Part shown: positions 17,314 to 26,793 of the stretch, one piece after another
How the letters are laid out: the number at the start of each line of letters is the position of its first letter
Position numbering within the stretch: position 1 is the first letter of the stretch
From: a virus
Lineage: Duplodnaviria > Heunggongvirae > Uroviricota > Caudoviricetes
IMG/VR virus record: IMGVR_UViG_2703718780_000026
Direction: 5' to 3' (one strand)
Length of the DNA stretch: 33,331 nucleotides
Made by a program: the position numbers and the translations under genes
The notes under the pieces: generated by a model
What the model was told of the DNA's origin: nothing
The model's database searches: none
What the model saw: only the letters and a program-made list of their open reading frames with translations

Positions 17314-17739
17314 ATGAAGAAATTATCCCTTTCACTGATGCTGAACGTGTCGCTGGCGCTGATGCTGGCACTGTCCCTGATTTACCCGCAGAGCGTGGCC
17401 GTCAATTTTGTCGCCGCCTGGGCGATTCTGGCGACGGTTATCTGTGTGGTTGCCGGTGGTGTCGGCGTGTATGCCACTGAGTATGTACTGGAACGCTACG
17501 GGCGGGAGCTGCCGCCGGAATCGCTGGCCGTGAAGATTGTCACGGCGCTGTTTTTGCAGCCGGTGCCGTGGCGCAGGCGGTCAGTGGCTCTGGTAGTGAT
17601 GGTGGCGACGTTTATCTCGCTGGTCGCTGCCGGGTGGATTTTTACCGCGCTGATTTATCTCGTGGCGGCGCTGTTTTTCCGGCTGATACGTACGGCCTGC
17701 CGTCAGCGTCTTGAGGGGCGGGAACCATGTCAAAGCTGA
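17314..17739 (+). CDS. lysA: Lysis timing protein LysA (multi-TM)
   Basis: 141 aa with several hydrophobic segments; same position and length as P2 LysA. Confidence 0.75.
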   Translation: MKKLSLSLMLNVSLALMLALSLIYPQSVAVNFVAAWAILATVICVVAGGVGVYATEYVLERYGRELPPESLAVKIVTALFLQPVPWRRRSVALVVMVATFISLVAAGWIFTALIYLVAALFFRLIRTACRQRLEGREPCQS

Positions 17740-18152
17740 TGATTGTGCTGGTTGTGTTGTTATCACTGGCGGTGGTCGGTCTGTTTCTGGCGAAGCATGA
17801 AAACGCCAGCCTGCGCACCTCACTGGACAGGGCGAACAACGTCGCCAGCGGGCAGCAGACGACCATCACCATGCTGAAAAATCAGCTTCATGTTGCCCTC
17901 ACCAGGGCAGACAAAAACGAGCTGGCGCAGGTGGTACTGCGTCAGGAACTGGAGAACGCCGCGAAGCGTGAAGCACTGCGCGAGAAAACCATCACGAGGT
18001 TACTTAATGAAAACGAGGATTTTCGCCGCTGGTACGGTGCTGTCTTGCCTGATGCTGTGCGCCGGTTGCACCAGCGCCCCGCCTGCACCGACGCCAGTGA
18101 TTGTCCACAACGCCTGCCCGAAAGTGAGCCTTTGCCCGATGCCGGGCAGTGA
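17727..18152 (+). CDS. lysB: Inner-membrane spanin subunit (Rz-like, LysB)
   Basis: 141 aa, N-terminal TM followed by a charged/coiled region; same length as P2 LysB. Confidence 0.75.
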   Translation: MSKLMIVLVVLLSLAVVGLFLAKHENASLRTSLDRANNVASGQQTTITMLKNQLHVALTRADKNELAQVVLRQELENAAKREALREKTITRLLNENEDFRRWYGAVLPDAVRRLHQRPACTDASDCPQRLPESEPLPDAGQ

Positions 18153-18297
18153 CCCGCAGACGAACGGCGATTTAAGTGCTGATATCCGGCAGCTTGAGAA
18201 CGCGCTGGCACGCTGTGCCAGCCAGGTAAAAATGATTAAACACTGTCAGGACGAAAACGATGCTCAAACCCGACAGCCTGCGCAGGGCGCTGACTGA
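18007..18297 (+). CDS. lysC: Outer-membrane lipoprotein spanin subunit (Rz1-like, LysC), nested in and extending past lysB
   Basis: ATG at 18007 with GAGG RBS; MKTRIFAAGTVLSCLMLCAGC has a lipobox; 96 aa, Pro-rich; +1 frame relative to lysB. Confidence 0.7.
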   Translation: MKTRIFAAGTVLSCLMLCAGCTSAPPAPTPVIVHNACPKVSLCPMPGSDPQTNGDLSADIRQLENALARCASQVKMIKHCQDENDAQTRQPAQGAD

Positions 18298-18727
18298 TGC
18301 CGTCACGGTGCTGAAAACAAGCCCCGAGATGCTGCGGATATTCGTGGATAACGGGAGTATTGCCTCCACACTGGCGACGTCGCTGTCATTTGAAAAGCGT
18401 TACACGCTCAATGTCATTGTGACCGACTTTACCGGTGATTTTGACCTGCTCATCGTGCCGGTGCTGGCGTGGCTGCGGGAAAATCAGCCCGACATCATGA
18501 CCACCGACGAAGGCCAGAAAAAGGGCTTCACGTTTTATGCGGACATCAACAATGACAGCAGCTTTGATATCAGCATCAGCCTGATGCTGACCGAGCGCAC
18601 GCTGGTCAGTGAGGTGGACGGCGCACTGCATGTGAAGAATATCCCGGAACCTCCGCCGCCGGAGCCGGTCACCCGCCCGGTGGAGCTTTATATCAATGGC
18701 GAACTGGTGAGCAAGTGGGATGAATGA
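18260..18727 (+). CDS. R: Tail completion protein R
   Basis: 155 aa, the same as P2 R; synteny. Confidence 0.8.
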   Translation: MLKPDSLRRALTDAVTVLKTSPEMLRIFVDNGSIASTLATSLSFEKRYTLNVIVTDFTGDFDLLIVPVLAWLRENQPDIMTTDEGQKKGFTFYADINNDSSFDISISLMLTERTLVSEVDGALHVKNIPEPPPPEPVTRPVELYINGELVSKWDE

Positions 18728-19172
18728 GTTTAAGCGTTTTGAAGACCGGCTGGCCGGACTTATTGAATCGCTGTCACCGTCAGGGCGTCGGCGACTGAGC
18801 GCCGAACTGGCGAAACGTCTGCGGCAGAGTCAGCAGCGCCGGGTGATGGCACAGAAAGCCCCGGACGGCACACCCTACGCACCACGCCAGCAGCAGAGCG
18901 CCAGAAAAAAGACCGGTCGCGTTAAGCGAAAAATGTTTGCGAAACTTATCACCAGTCGTTTTTTGCATATCCGCGCCAGCCCGGAACAGGCATCAATGGA
19001 GTTTTACGGCGGAAAGTCACCGAAAATCGCCAGCGTGCATCAGTTCGGTCTGTCGGAAGAAACCCGGAAAGACGGTAAGAAAATTGATTATCCGGCGCGT
19101 CCTCTGCTCGGCTTTACCGGTGAGGATGTGCAGATGATTGAAGAGATTATCCTGGCTCACCTCGACCGTTAG
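18720..19172 (+). CDS. S: Tail completion protein S
   Basis: 150 aa, the same as P2 S; overlaps the R stop. Confidence 0.8.
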   Translation: MNEFKRFEDRLAGLIESLSPSGRRRLSAELAKRLRQSQQRRVMAQKAPDGTPYAPRQQQSARKKTGRVKRKMFAKLITSRFLHIRASPEQASMEFYGGKSPKIASVHQFGLSEETRKDGKKIDYPARPLLGFTGEDVQMIEEIILAHLDR

Positions 19173-19238
19173 TTGTGCCATTCCCGACACCTCATCGTCA
19201 CATTGCCGCCGGTATGACCCGGCGGCATCCTTCCCGTT

Positions 19239-19874
19239 ATGAACACTCTCGCAAATATTCAGGAACTCGCGCGCGCACTGCGCAACATGATACGCACCGG
19301 CATTGTCGTCGAAACCGACCTTAACGTCGGTCGCTGCCGTGTGCAGACCGGCGGCATGTGCACCGACTGGCTTCAGTGGCTGACCCATCGCGCCGGTCGT
19401 TCGCGCACATGGTGGGCACCTTCCGTGGGGGAACAGGTGCTGATTCTGGCCGTGGGCGGTGAACTCGACACGGCGTTCGTTCTGCCGGGGATTTATTCCG
19501 GCGATAACCCCGCGCCGTCTGCGTCGGCGGATGCCCTGCATATCCGTTTCCCTGACGGAGCGGTGATTGAGTATGAACCTGAAACCAGTGCACTCACGGT
19601 AAGCGGAATTAAAACGGCCAGCGTGACGGCTTCTGATTCTGTTACCGCCACGGTGCCGGTGGTCATGGTGAAAGCATCAACCCGCGTCACCCTGGACACA
19701 CCGGAGGTGGTCTGCACCAACAGGCTGATTACCGGCACGCTGGAAGTACAGAAGGGCGGGACGATGCGCGGCAACATTGAACACACCGGCGGTGAACTCT
19801 CATCAAACGGTAAGGTACTGCATACCCATAAACACCCCGGCGACAGTGGCGGCACAACAGGGGGACCTCTATGA
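19239..19874 (+). CDS. V: Baseplate spike protein V
   Basis: 211 aa, the same as P2 V; synteny. Confidence 0.85.
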   Translation: MNTLANIQELARALRNMIRTGIVVETDLNVGRCRVQTGGMCTDWLQWLTHRAGRSRTWWAPSVGEQVLILAVGGELDTAFVLPGIYSGDNPAPSASADALHIRFPDGAVIEYEPETSALTVSGIKTASVTASDSVTATVPVVMVKASTRVTLDTPEVVCTNRLITGTLEVQKGGTMRGNIEHTGGELSSNGKVLHTHKHPGDSGGTTGGPL

Positions 19875-20218
19875 CTGCGCGTTATCTCGGAATGAATCGC
19901 AGTGATGGCCTGACGGTCACTGACCTTGAGCATATCAGCCAGAGTATCGGCGATATCCTGCGCACACCGGTCGGCTCACGGGTGATGCGTCGTGATTACG
20001 GCTCGTTGCTGGCATCAATGATTGACCAGCCGCAGACCCCGGCGCTTGAGTTGCAGATTAAGGTCGCCTGTTACATGGCGGTGCTGAAATGGGAACCCCG
20101 CGTCACCCTGTCATCCGTCACCACTGAGCGCAGTTTTGACGGGCGAATGACGGTCACGTTAACCGGCCAGCACAACGACACCGGCCAGCCACTTTCGTTA
20201 ACCATCCCTGTGAGTTGA
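19871..20218 (+). CDS. W: Baseplate wedge protein W (gp25-like)
   Basis: 115 aa, the same as P2 W; overlaps the V stop. Confidence 0.85.
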   Translation: MTARYLGMNRSDGLTVTDLEHISQSIGDILRTPVGSRVMRRDYGSLLASMIDQPQTPALELQIKVACYMAVLKWEPRVTLSSVTTERSFDGRMTVTLTGQHNDTGQPLSLTIPVS

Positions 20219-20222
20219 AACC

Positions 20223-21131
20223 ATGCCGATTATCGACCTGAACCAGCTACCCGCACCGGATGTGGTTGAGGAGCTGGACTTTGAAACCATTCTTGCCGAA
20301 CGCAAGGCGACACTGATTTCCCTTTACCCGGAAGACCAGCAGGAGGCGGTCGCCCGTACCCTGACGCTGGAATCTGAGCCTCTCGTCAAACTGCTGGAGG
20401 AAAATGCTTATCGTGAGCTTATCTGGCGTCAGCGTGTGAATGAGGCCGCACGGGCGGTGATGCTGGCCTGTGCTGCCGGTAATGACCTTGATGTGATTGG
20501 TGCCAATTACAACACCACGCGCCTGATTATCACCCCGGCAGATGATTCGACTATCCCGCCGACACCGGCCGTGATGGAATCTGACACCGATTATCGTCTG
20601 CGTATTCAGCAGGCGTTTGAAGGTTTAAGCGTCGCCGGGTCGGTGGGGGCCTATCAGTATCATGGTCGAAGTGCCGACGGGCGTGTCGCAGATATCTCTG
20701 TCACCAGTCCTTCTCCGGCCTGCGTCACCATCTCTGTGCTGTCACGTGAAAATAACGGTGTCGCATCCGAAGACCTGCTGGCGGTGGTGCGTAACGCCCT
20801 TAATGGCGAGGACGTCAGGCCGGTGGCCGACCGCGTGACCGTGCAGTCTGCCGCCATCGTTGAATACCAGATAAACGCCACGCTTTACCTTTACCCTGGT
20901 CCCGAAAGCGAACCCATCCGCGCCGCCGCCGTGAAAAAGCTGGAAGCGTACATCACGGCACAGCACCGGCTGGGGCGCGACATCCGTCTGTCTGCCATTT
21001 ATGCCGCTTTGCATGTGGAAGGCGTGCAGCGTGTCGAACTGGCTGCACCACTGGCTGACATCGTGCTCAACAGTACGCAGGCGTCTTTCTGTACCGAATA
21101 CCGCGTCGTGACCGGAGGCTCGGATGAGTGA
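20223..21131 (+). CDS. J: Baseplate protein J
   Basis: 302 aa, the same as P2 J. Confidence 0.85.
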   Translation: MPIIDLNQLPAPDVVEELDFETILAERKATLISLYPEDQQEAVARTLTLESEPLVKLLEENAYRELIWRQRVNEAARAVMLACAAGNDLDVIGANYNTTRLIITPADDSTIPPTPAVMESDTDYRLRIQQAFEGLSVAGSVGAYQYHGRSADGRVADISVTSPSPACVTISVLSRENNGVASEDLLAVVRNALNGEDVRPVADRVTVQSAAIVEYQINATLYLYPGPESEPIRAAAVKKLEAYITAQHRLGRDIRLSAIYAALHVEGVQRVELAAPLADIVLNSTQASFCTEYRVVTGGSDE

Positions 21132-21654
21132 TTCGCGACTGCTGCCGACCGGCTCATCACCGCTTGAAGTTGCTGCTGCAAAAGCCTGTGCGGAAATTGA
21201 AAAAACGCCGGTCAGTATTCGTGAGCTGTGGAACCCGGACACCTGCCCGGCAAATCTGCTGCCGTGGCTGGCGTGGGCGTTTTCGGTCGACAGGTGGGAT
21301 GAAAAGTGGCCGGAAGCGACAAAACGCGCCGTTATCCGCGATGCGTATTTCATTCATTGTCATAAAGGCACTATAGGTGCAATCCGGCGTGTGGTGGAGC
21401 CGCTCGGCTATCTCATCAACGTGACGGAGTGGTGGGAAACCAGTGACCCGCCAGGCACCTTCCGGCTTGATATTGGTGTACTGGAAAGCGGCATCACAGA
21501 GGCAATGTATCAGGAAATGGAACGGCTTATTGCTGATGCCAAACCTGCAAGCCGTCATCTTATTGGCCTGAACATTACCCGGGACATTCCCGGCTACCTG
21601 TTCGCCGGTGGTGTGGCTTACGACGGCGATGTAATTACGGTTTACCCCGGATAA
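21124..21654 (+). CDS. I: Baseplate / tail-fibre attachment protein I
   Basis: 176 aa, the same as P2 I; overlaps the J stop. Confidence 0.85.
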   Translation: MSDSRLLPTGSSPLEVAAAKACAEIEKTPVSIRELWNPDTCPANLLPWLAWAFSVDRWDEKWPEATKRAVIRDAYFIHCHKGTIGAIRRVVEPLGYLINVTEWWETSDPPGTFRLDIGVLESGITEAMYQEMERLIADAKPASRHLIGLNITRDIPGYLFAGGVAYDGDVITVYPG

Positions 21655-21664
21655 GTGAGGAATA

Positions 21665-23914
21665 ATGAGCACAAAATTCAGAACCGTTATCACCACTGCC
21701 GGTGCAGCAAAGCTGGCAGCGGCAACCGCACCGGGAGGGCGGAAGGTCAACATTACCACGATGGCCGTCGGGGATGGCGGTGGTAAATTGCCTGTCCCGG
21801 ATGCCGGACAGACCGGGCTTATCCACGAAGTCTGGCGACATGCGCTGAACAAAATCAGCCAGGACAAACGAAACAGTAATTATATTATCGCAGAGCTGGT
21901 TATTCCGCCGGAGGTGGGCGGTTTCTGGATGCGTGAACTTGGCCTGTACGATGATGCGGGAACGCTAATTGCCGTGGCGAACATGGCCGAAAGTTATAAG
22001 CCAGCCCTTGCCGAAGGCTCAGGGCGTTCGCAGACCTGCCGCATGGTCATCATCGTCAGCAGTGTGGCCTCAGTGGATCTGACCATTGACACCACAACGG
22101 TGATGGCGACGCAGGATTACGTTGATGACAAAATTGCAGAGCATGAACAGTCACGACGTCACCCGGACGCTTCTTTGACCGCAAAAGGTTTTACTCAGTT
22201 AAGCAGTGCGACCAACAGCACGTCTGAAACACTCGCCGCAACACCAAAAGCGGTAAAAGCAGCATATGACCTTGCTAACGGGAAATACACTGCACAGGAC
22301 GCCACCACAGCGCGAAAAGGCCTTGTCCAGCTCAGTAGTGCCACCAACAGCACGTCTGAAACGCTCGCCGCAACACCAAAAGCGGTAAAAGCAGCATATG
22401 ACCTTGCTAACGGGAAATACACTGCACAGGATGCCACCACCGCGCGAAAAGGCCTTGTCCAGCTCAGTAGCGCCACCAACAGCGATTCTGAAACGCTTGC
22501 GGCAACGCCAAAGGCGGTAAAGGCAGCGTATGACCTTGCTAACGGGAAATACACTGCACAGGATGCCACCACGGCGCGGAAAGGCCTTGTCCAGCTCAGT
22601 AGCGCCACCAACAGTGATTCTGAAACGCTGGCCGCAACACCAAAAGCGGTGAAGTCTGCCTATGACAATGCTGAAAAACGTCTTCAGAAAGATCAGAACG
22701 GTGCGGATATTCCTGATAAAGGACGCTTCCTGAGTAACATTAATGTTTACAGCAAAGGTGAAGTGGATAAGAAAAAGGGAATGCGAAAGTATTCGTTTGC
22801 AGCCCCTGCAAATGTCGTTGCCGGGAAGTGGTATCCCGTTATCTTTCGCCGTGCTGCCAGCCTTTCAGGAGAAATGGCATCCCGCGTCGTTATTTCCACT
22901 GGTTGTTATAACAGCGATTATGTAATGAATAACTGTGAGTTTAATGGCATGGTTATGCCCGGAGGCTGGACTGATCGTGGTTCTTATGCGGCAGGTTATT
23001 TCTGGACGTATCAGACTAATGAGCGTTCAATCCATTCCATTGTTACAAGCCTGAAAGATGATGATGTATGTAGTGTTTTTTATGTTGAAGCCAGAGCTTT
23101 TCCCGTACAAATTCTTGCAGAGGAAGGGCTAACGGTTATTGTTCCGACAGAGGATTATGTCGTCGGTCAAACGACATATAAGTGGGGGGCAACTAATCCC
23201 GCTACAGAAAGCACGAACGCACAGGCTATTCTGGATTTTAAAAATGGACGTGGTTATTACTGTTCACATCCATTTATTTCCAGCCTTTCAGGAAATGCTG
23301 CAACAGCAACGAAGTTAGCGAACGCAAGAAATATTAATGGTGTCAGATTTGATGGCTCTGCCGATATAAATATTAATACACTGGTATCCAGAAACCGTGT
23401 TACTGCATTAGGTGGGAGCGTAAAGGGGACACCAGGTATTCAGATGTATGAGGCATACAACAATGGCTACCCAACAGCCTATGGTAATGTGCTTCATCTC
23501 ACTGGTGTAACCGCAGTAGGAGAGGGTGAGTTACTTATTGGCTGGAGTGGAACCAGCGGTGCTCATGCTCCGGCATATATTCGCTCCCGACGAGATACCA
23601 CAGATGCTAACTGGTCTGGATGGGCGCAACTATATACAACTGCTCATAAACCCTCAGCGGGAGATGTTGGTGCATACACCAAAGCTGAGTCAGATTCACG
23701 TTATGTGAGAGACATGCGGCTGGGCGGTGCATCTACATATAAACCAGCAAATAATGGTACTACATGGACGCATCAGGCTCCGTCAGGTTGCGTATATACC
23801 GGCATTATTGTTCAGGATACCGGCTCAAACTCTGCCGATAACATTGGTGGCGTATATTACAGACCGGTGCAGAAATACATTAACGGGACATGGTATAACG
23901 TGGCGCAGGTATAA
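21665..23914 (+). CDS. H: Tail fibre protein H, with expanded internal repeats and a divergent C-terminal domain
   Basis: 749 aa (P2 H is 669 aa, from memory). N-terminal region is baseplate-proximal and conserved-looking; central 44-aa repeats; the distal part is AT-richer by eye. Confidence 0.85.
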   Translation: MSTKFRTVITTAGAAKLAAATAPGGRKVNITTMAVGDGGGKLPVPDAGQTGLIHEVWRHALNKISQDKRNSNYIIAELVIPPEVGGFWMRELGLYDDAGTLIAVANMAESYKPALAEGSGRSQTCRMVIIVSSVASVDLTIDTTTVMATQDYVDDKIAEHEQSRRHPDASLTAKGFTQLSSATNSTSETLAATPKAVKAAYDLANGKYTAQDATTARKGLVQLSSATNSTSETLAATPKAVKAAYDLANGKYTAQDATTARKGLVQLSSATNSDSETLAATPKAVKAAYDLANGKYTAQDATTARKGLVQLSSATNSDSETLAATPKAVKSAYDNAEKRLQKDQNGADIPDKGRFLSNINVYSKGEVDKKKGMRKYSFAAPANVVAGKWYPVIFRRAASLSGEMASRVVISTGCYNSDYVMNNCEFNGMVMPGGWTDRGSYAAGYFWTYQTNERSIHSIVTSLKDDDVCSVFYVEARAFPVQILAEEGLTVIVPTEDYVVGQTTYKWGATNPATESTNAQAILDFKNGRGYYCSHPFISSLSGNAATATKLANARNINGVRFDGSADININTLVSRNRVTALGGSVKGTPGIQMYEAYNNGYPTAYGNVLHLTGVTAVGEGELLIGWSGTSGAHAPAYIRSRRDTTDANWSGWAQLYTTAHKPSAGDVGAYTKAESDSRYVRDMRLGGASTYKPANNGTTWTHQAPSGCVYTGIIVQDTGSNSADNIGGVYYRPVQKYINGTWYNVAQV
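22196..22665 (+). repeat. In-frame 132-bp tandem repeat (about 3.5 copies) within H, encoding a 44-aa phage tail-fibre repeat
   Basis: ACCAACAG anchor recurs at 22211, 22343, 22475 and 22607 (period 132). Protein unit SSATNS(T/D)SETLAATPKAVKAAYDLANGKYTAQDATTARKGLVQL. Copies 1-2 carry ACGTCT and copies 3-4 GATTCT (an AABB pattern). Confidence 0.85.
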
Positions 23915-23917
23915 TTT

Positions 23918-24445
23918 ATGCAGCATTTGATAAATATAACGGCAGGTAATCCAAAAACGGTTGAACAATATCAATTGACAAAGGACTTTGATGTTGTCTG
24001 GTTTTTTTCAGAAGATGGTAAGAACTGGTACGAAGAACAAAAGTATTTTGCTGATGACACGATAAAAATAGCGTACGACAAAGATAATATTATCCGCTAT
24101 GTGGAAAAGGATGTGACAGCTATCAGACCAGATGGATTAAGTGTTGTTGAAGTGCCGGATATTACTGCTAATCGACGGGCGGACATTTCAGGGAACTGGA
24201 TGTTTAAGGATGGTACAGTGATTAAACGAATTTATACGGCAGAGGAATTGCAGCAGCAGGCAGAAAATCGGAAAGCCAGACTTCTTGCAGATGCTGAATC
24301 CGTGATTTTGCCGCTGGAGCGCGCGGTCAGACTGAACATGGCAACAGATGAGGAGCGTAGCCGACTGGAAGCATGGGAACGCTACAGCGTTCTGGTCAGT
24401 CGTGTGGATCCTGCAAATCCTGAATGGCCGGAAATGCCGCAATAA
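23918..24445 (+). CDS. G: Tail fibre assembly chaperone G
   Basis: 175 aa, the same as P2 G; immediately follows H. Confidence 0.8.
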   Translation: MQHLINITAGNPKTVEQYQLTKDFDVVWFFSEDGKNWYEEQKYFADDTIKIAYDKDNIIRYVEKDVTAIRPDGLSVVEVPDITANRRADISGNWMFKDGTVIKRIYTAEELQQQAENRKARLLADAESVILPLERAVRLNMATDEERSRLEAWERYSVLVSRVDPANPEWPEMPQ

Positions 24446-24666
24446 GTTGTATGATCTCTGGAGTGAGCAAACGTATCTATGGCACAGAGTAAAGCCTAAT
24501 CTGACAGGCCGCTCTGTGTCTGGAGTAGATTTTAGTAAAGCATTATTTTATTAGTGCAAATTCTAATCAATACATTTTATGTATATGATATCCTGCAGAC
24601 TTTAATGACTTGGTTTAGGCTAACCAGATAACACTGAAGGAATATTTTTGATAATTAAGGTACGGT

Positions 24667-25260
24667 ATGTTTACTAAGCGACGATTAAAAAATATTAACT
24701 GGGAGGCAAGTTCAGTGATTCTTGCTATGGTTCTCTTTGTTGGAAATATATTTTATACAAATCATCGTGATGATATAAGCATGGAGGCTGAGAGGGACAG
24801 TATCAGAACAATGTTTGCATATGAAATCGCTAATAACCATCGCGCTCTCACTTTTCTTGATAAAACGAGACATATTGGCTTTGACGAAAATTCGGAGCAT
24901 TTTGTTGGCGAGCCTTTTGCCATTAATGTCAAATCATTAGGGGGGCCTCGCTTACAGATTGCATTAAACCAGACTGATAAAGTGTTTAAATCCTACTTCA
25001 GCGAATTAAGTAAGCTTGATAAAGAGGATGTTACTCTTCTTATGGACTATTACCATGAGCAAAGCATCCTGCTGGAGCGTGTAAAATCTACGTTACAGAA
25101 GATGAAAAGTGGTAATGATATTAAAGTTGATATTGATGGTTACTTATTAGAAGAACACTTCATGAATGAGCTTAATCTTTCTAATATTTTGCTTAAACGC
25201 TATAGCCATTTGTTGTCACAATACGCTAAAGAACATAAAACAAAAGATTTACATAATTGA
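24667..25260 (+). CDS. Hypothetical membrane-anchored protein (cargo at the Z/fun position)
   Basis: 197 aa; ATG with AAGG RBS; N-terminal hydrophobic helix SSVILAMVLFVGNIFY; strongly AT-rich codon usage unlike the flanking phage genes; sits alone between G and FI. Confidence 0.6.
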   Translation: MFTKRRLKNINWEASSVILAMVLFVGNIFYTNHRDDISMEAERDSIRTMFAYEIANNHRALTFLDKTRHIGFDENSEHFVGEPFAINVKSLGGPRLQIALNQTDKVFKSYFSELSKLDKEDVTLLMDYYHEQSILLERVKSTLQKMKSGNDIKVDIDGYLLEEHFMNELNLSNILLKRYSHLLSQYAKEHKTKDLHN

Positions 25261-25590
25261 TAATCTGCTAATGGTTATTCATGGGGTAACTATGTTTTAT
25301 ATGTAATCCAACTCAGATGAATTATTGATTCTGGATAATAACCGCAGAGCGGCATATACCCTGACAGGCAAATGTCCGCTTCTTGTTCAAAGCAGACTGT
25401 CAGATTTGATAACTTTTGGGCTATGTAAATTGTCAGTCGGAAAATGAGTGAGTTCAAATCAGGACTGGCGGGCGAATTGCCCGCATTTTCTTTATCTGTT
25501 GTTTCATCCACTGACCAGACAGGTCAAATAGCGTCTCATGCTCTGCACAACAGAAAATACCACTCACCCATTAACCACGGAGTTAGACGG

Positions 25591-26781
25591 ATGAGTGACT
25601 ATCATCACGGCGTGCAGGTGCTGGAGATTAACGACGGCACCCGCGTCATTTCCACTGTATCCACTGCCATTGTCGGCATGGTCTGCACGGCCAGCGATGC
25701 GGATGCGGAAACCTTCCCCCTCAATAAACCGGTGCTGATTACCAATGTGCAGAGCGCAATTGCAAAGGCCGGTAAAAAAGGCACGCTGGCGGCATCGTTG
25801 CAGGCCATCGCTGACCAGTCAAAACCGGTCACCGTTGTCGTGCGTGTTGAAGACGGCACCGGCGACGACGAAGAAACGAAACTCGCGCAGACCGTTTCCA
25901 ATATCATCGGCACCACTGACGAAAACGGTCAGTACACCGGACTGAAAGCCCTGATGGGGGCTGAGTCGGTTACCGGCGTTAAACCGCGCATTCTCGGCGT
26001 ACCGGGACTGGACACCAAAGAGGTCGCCGTCGCACTGGCATCGGTATGCCAGGAACTGAATGCCTTCGGGTATATCAGCGCATGGGGTTGTAAAACCATT
26101 TCCGAGGTGAAAGCCTACCGCCAGAATTTCAGCCAGCGTGAGCTGATGGTTATCTGGCCGGATTTCCTCGCATGGGATACGGTTACCAGTACCACCGCCA
26201 CCGCGTATGCCACCGCCCGTGCGCTGGGTCTGCGCGCTAAAATCGACCAGGAGCAGGGCTGGCATAAAACGCTGTCCAACGTCGGGGTGAACGGTGTTAC
26301 CGGCATCAGTGCATCCGTCTTCTGGGATTTGCAGAAGCCAGGCACTGATGCTGACCTGCTGAACGAGGCAGGCGTCACAACGCTGGTTCGCCGCGACGGT
26401 TTCCGTTTCTGGGGTAACCGTACCTGCTCTGATGACCCGCTGTTCCTCTTTGAAAGCTACACACGCACCGCGCAGGTACTGGCCGACACGATGGCTGAGG
26501 CGCACATGTGGGCTATTGATAAGCCCATCACCGCAACGCTGATTCGCGACATCATTGACGGCATCAATGCCAAATTCCGTGAACTGAAAAACAACGGTTA
26601 TATCGTGGATGGCACATGCTGGTTCAGCGAAGAATCCAACGATGCGGAAACCCTCAAGGCCGGAAAACTGTATATCGACTACGACTATACCCCGGTGCCT
26701 CCTCTCGAAAACCTGACCCTGCGCCAGCGTATTACTTCCAGATACTTGGCAAGTCTGGTCACTTCGGTTAACAGCAATTAA
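25591..26781 (+). CDS. FI: Tail sheath protein FI
   Basis: ATG at 25591 with GGAG RBS gives 396 aa, the same as P2 FI. The tracker's N-terminal extension from 25444 is rejected. Confidence 0.88.
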   Translation: MSDYHHGVQVLEINDGTRVISTVSTAIVGMVCTASDADAETFPLNKPVLITNVQSAIAKAGKKGTLAASLQAIADQSKPVTVVVRVEDGTGDDEETKLAQTVSNIIGTTDENGQYTGLKALMGAESVTGVKPRILGVPGLDTKEVAVALASVCQELNAFGYISAWGCKTISEVKAYRQNFSQRELMVIWPDFLAWDTVTSTTATAYATARALGLRAKIDQEQGWHKTLSNVGVNGVTGISASVFWDLQKPGTDADLLNEAGVTTLVRRDGFRFWGNRTCSDDPLFLFESYTRTAQVLADTMAEAHMWAIDKPITATLIRDIIDGINAKFRELKNNGYIVDGTCWFSEESNDAETLKAGKLYIDYDYTPVPPLENLTLRQRITSRYLASLVTSVNSN

Positions 26782-26793
26782 GGAGCCTGACCG

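Noticed and set aside
22195-22611. 138-aa minus-strand ORF containing internally repeated peptide sequence
   Set aside because: It lies antisense to the in-frame 132-bp tandem repeats of tail fibre gene H; the open frame and its repetitiveness are a by-product of the repeat, not an independent gene or CRISPR-like array.
21665-23914. Possibility that the periodic repeats in H are a CRISPR array or a mobile-element terminal repeat
   Set aside because: The repeats are contiguous with no spacers, in-frame, and encode a conserved tail-fibre peptide motif.
25290-25511. 73-aa minus-strand ORF in the non-coding region upstream of FI
   Set aside because: No convincing RBS; it lies in the expected late-promoter region for FI. 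I could not exclude a small gene but there is no supporting signal.
25261-25590. Search for an Ogr-dependent late promoter element (TGT-N12-ACA) upstream of FI, and similarly upstream of O
   Set aside because: I scanned these intervals by eye and found no exact TGT-N12-ACA match, so I do not annotate late promoters; they may be degenerate or I may have missed them.
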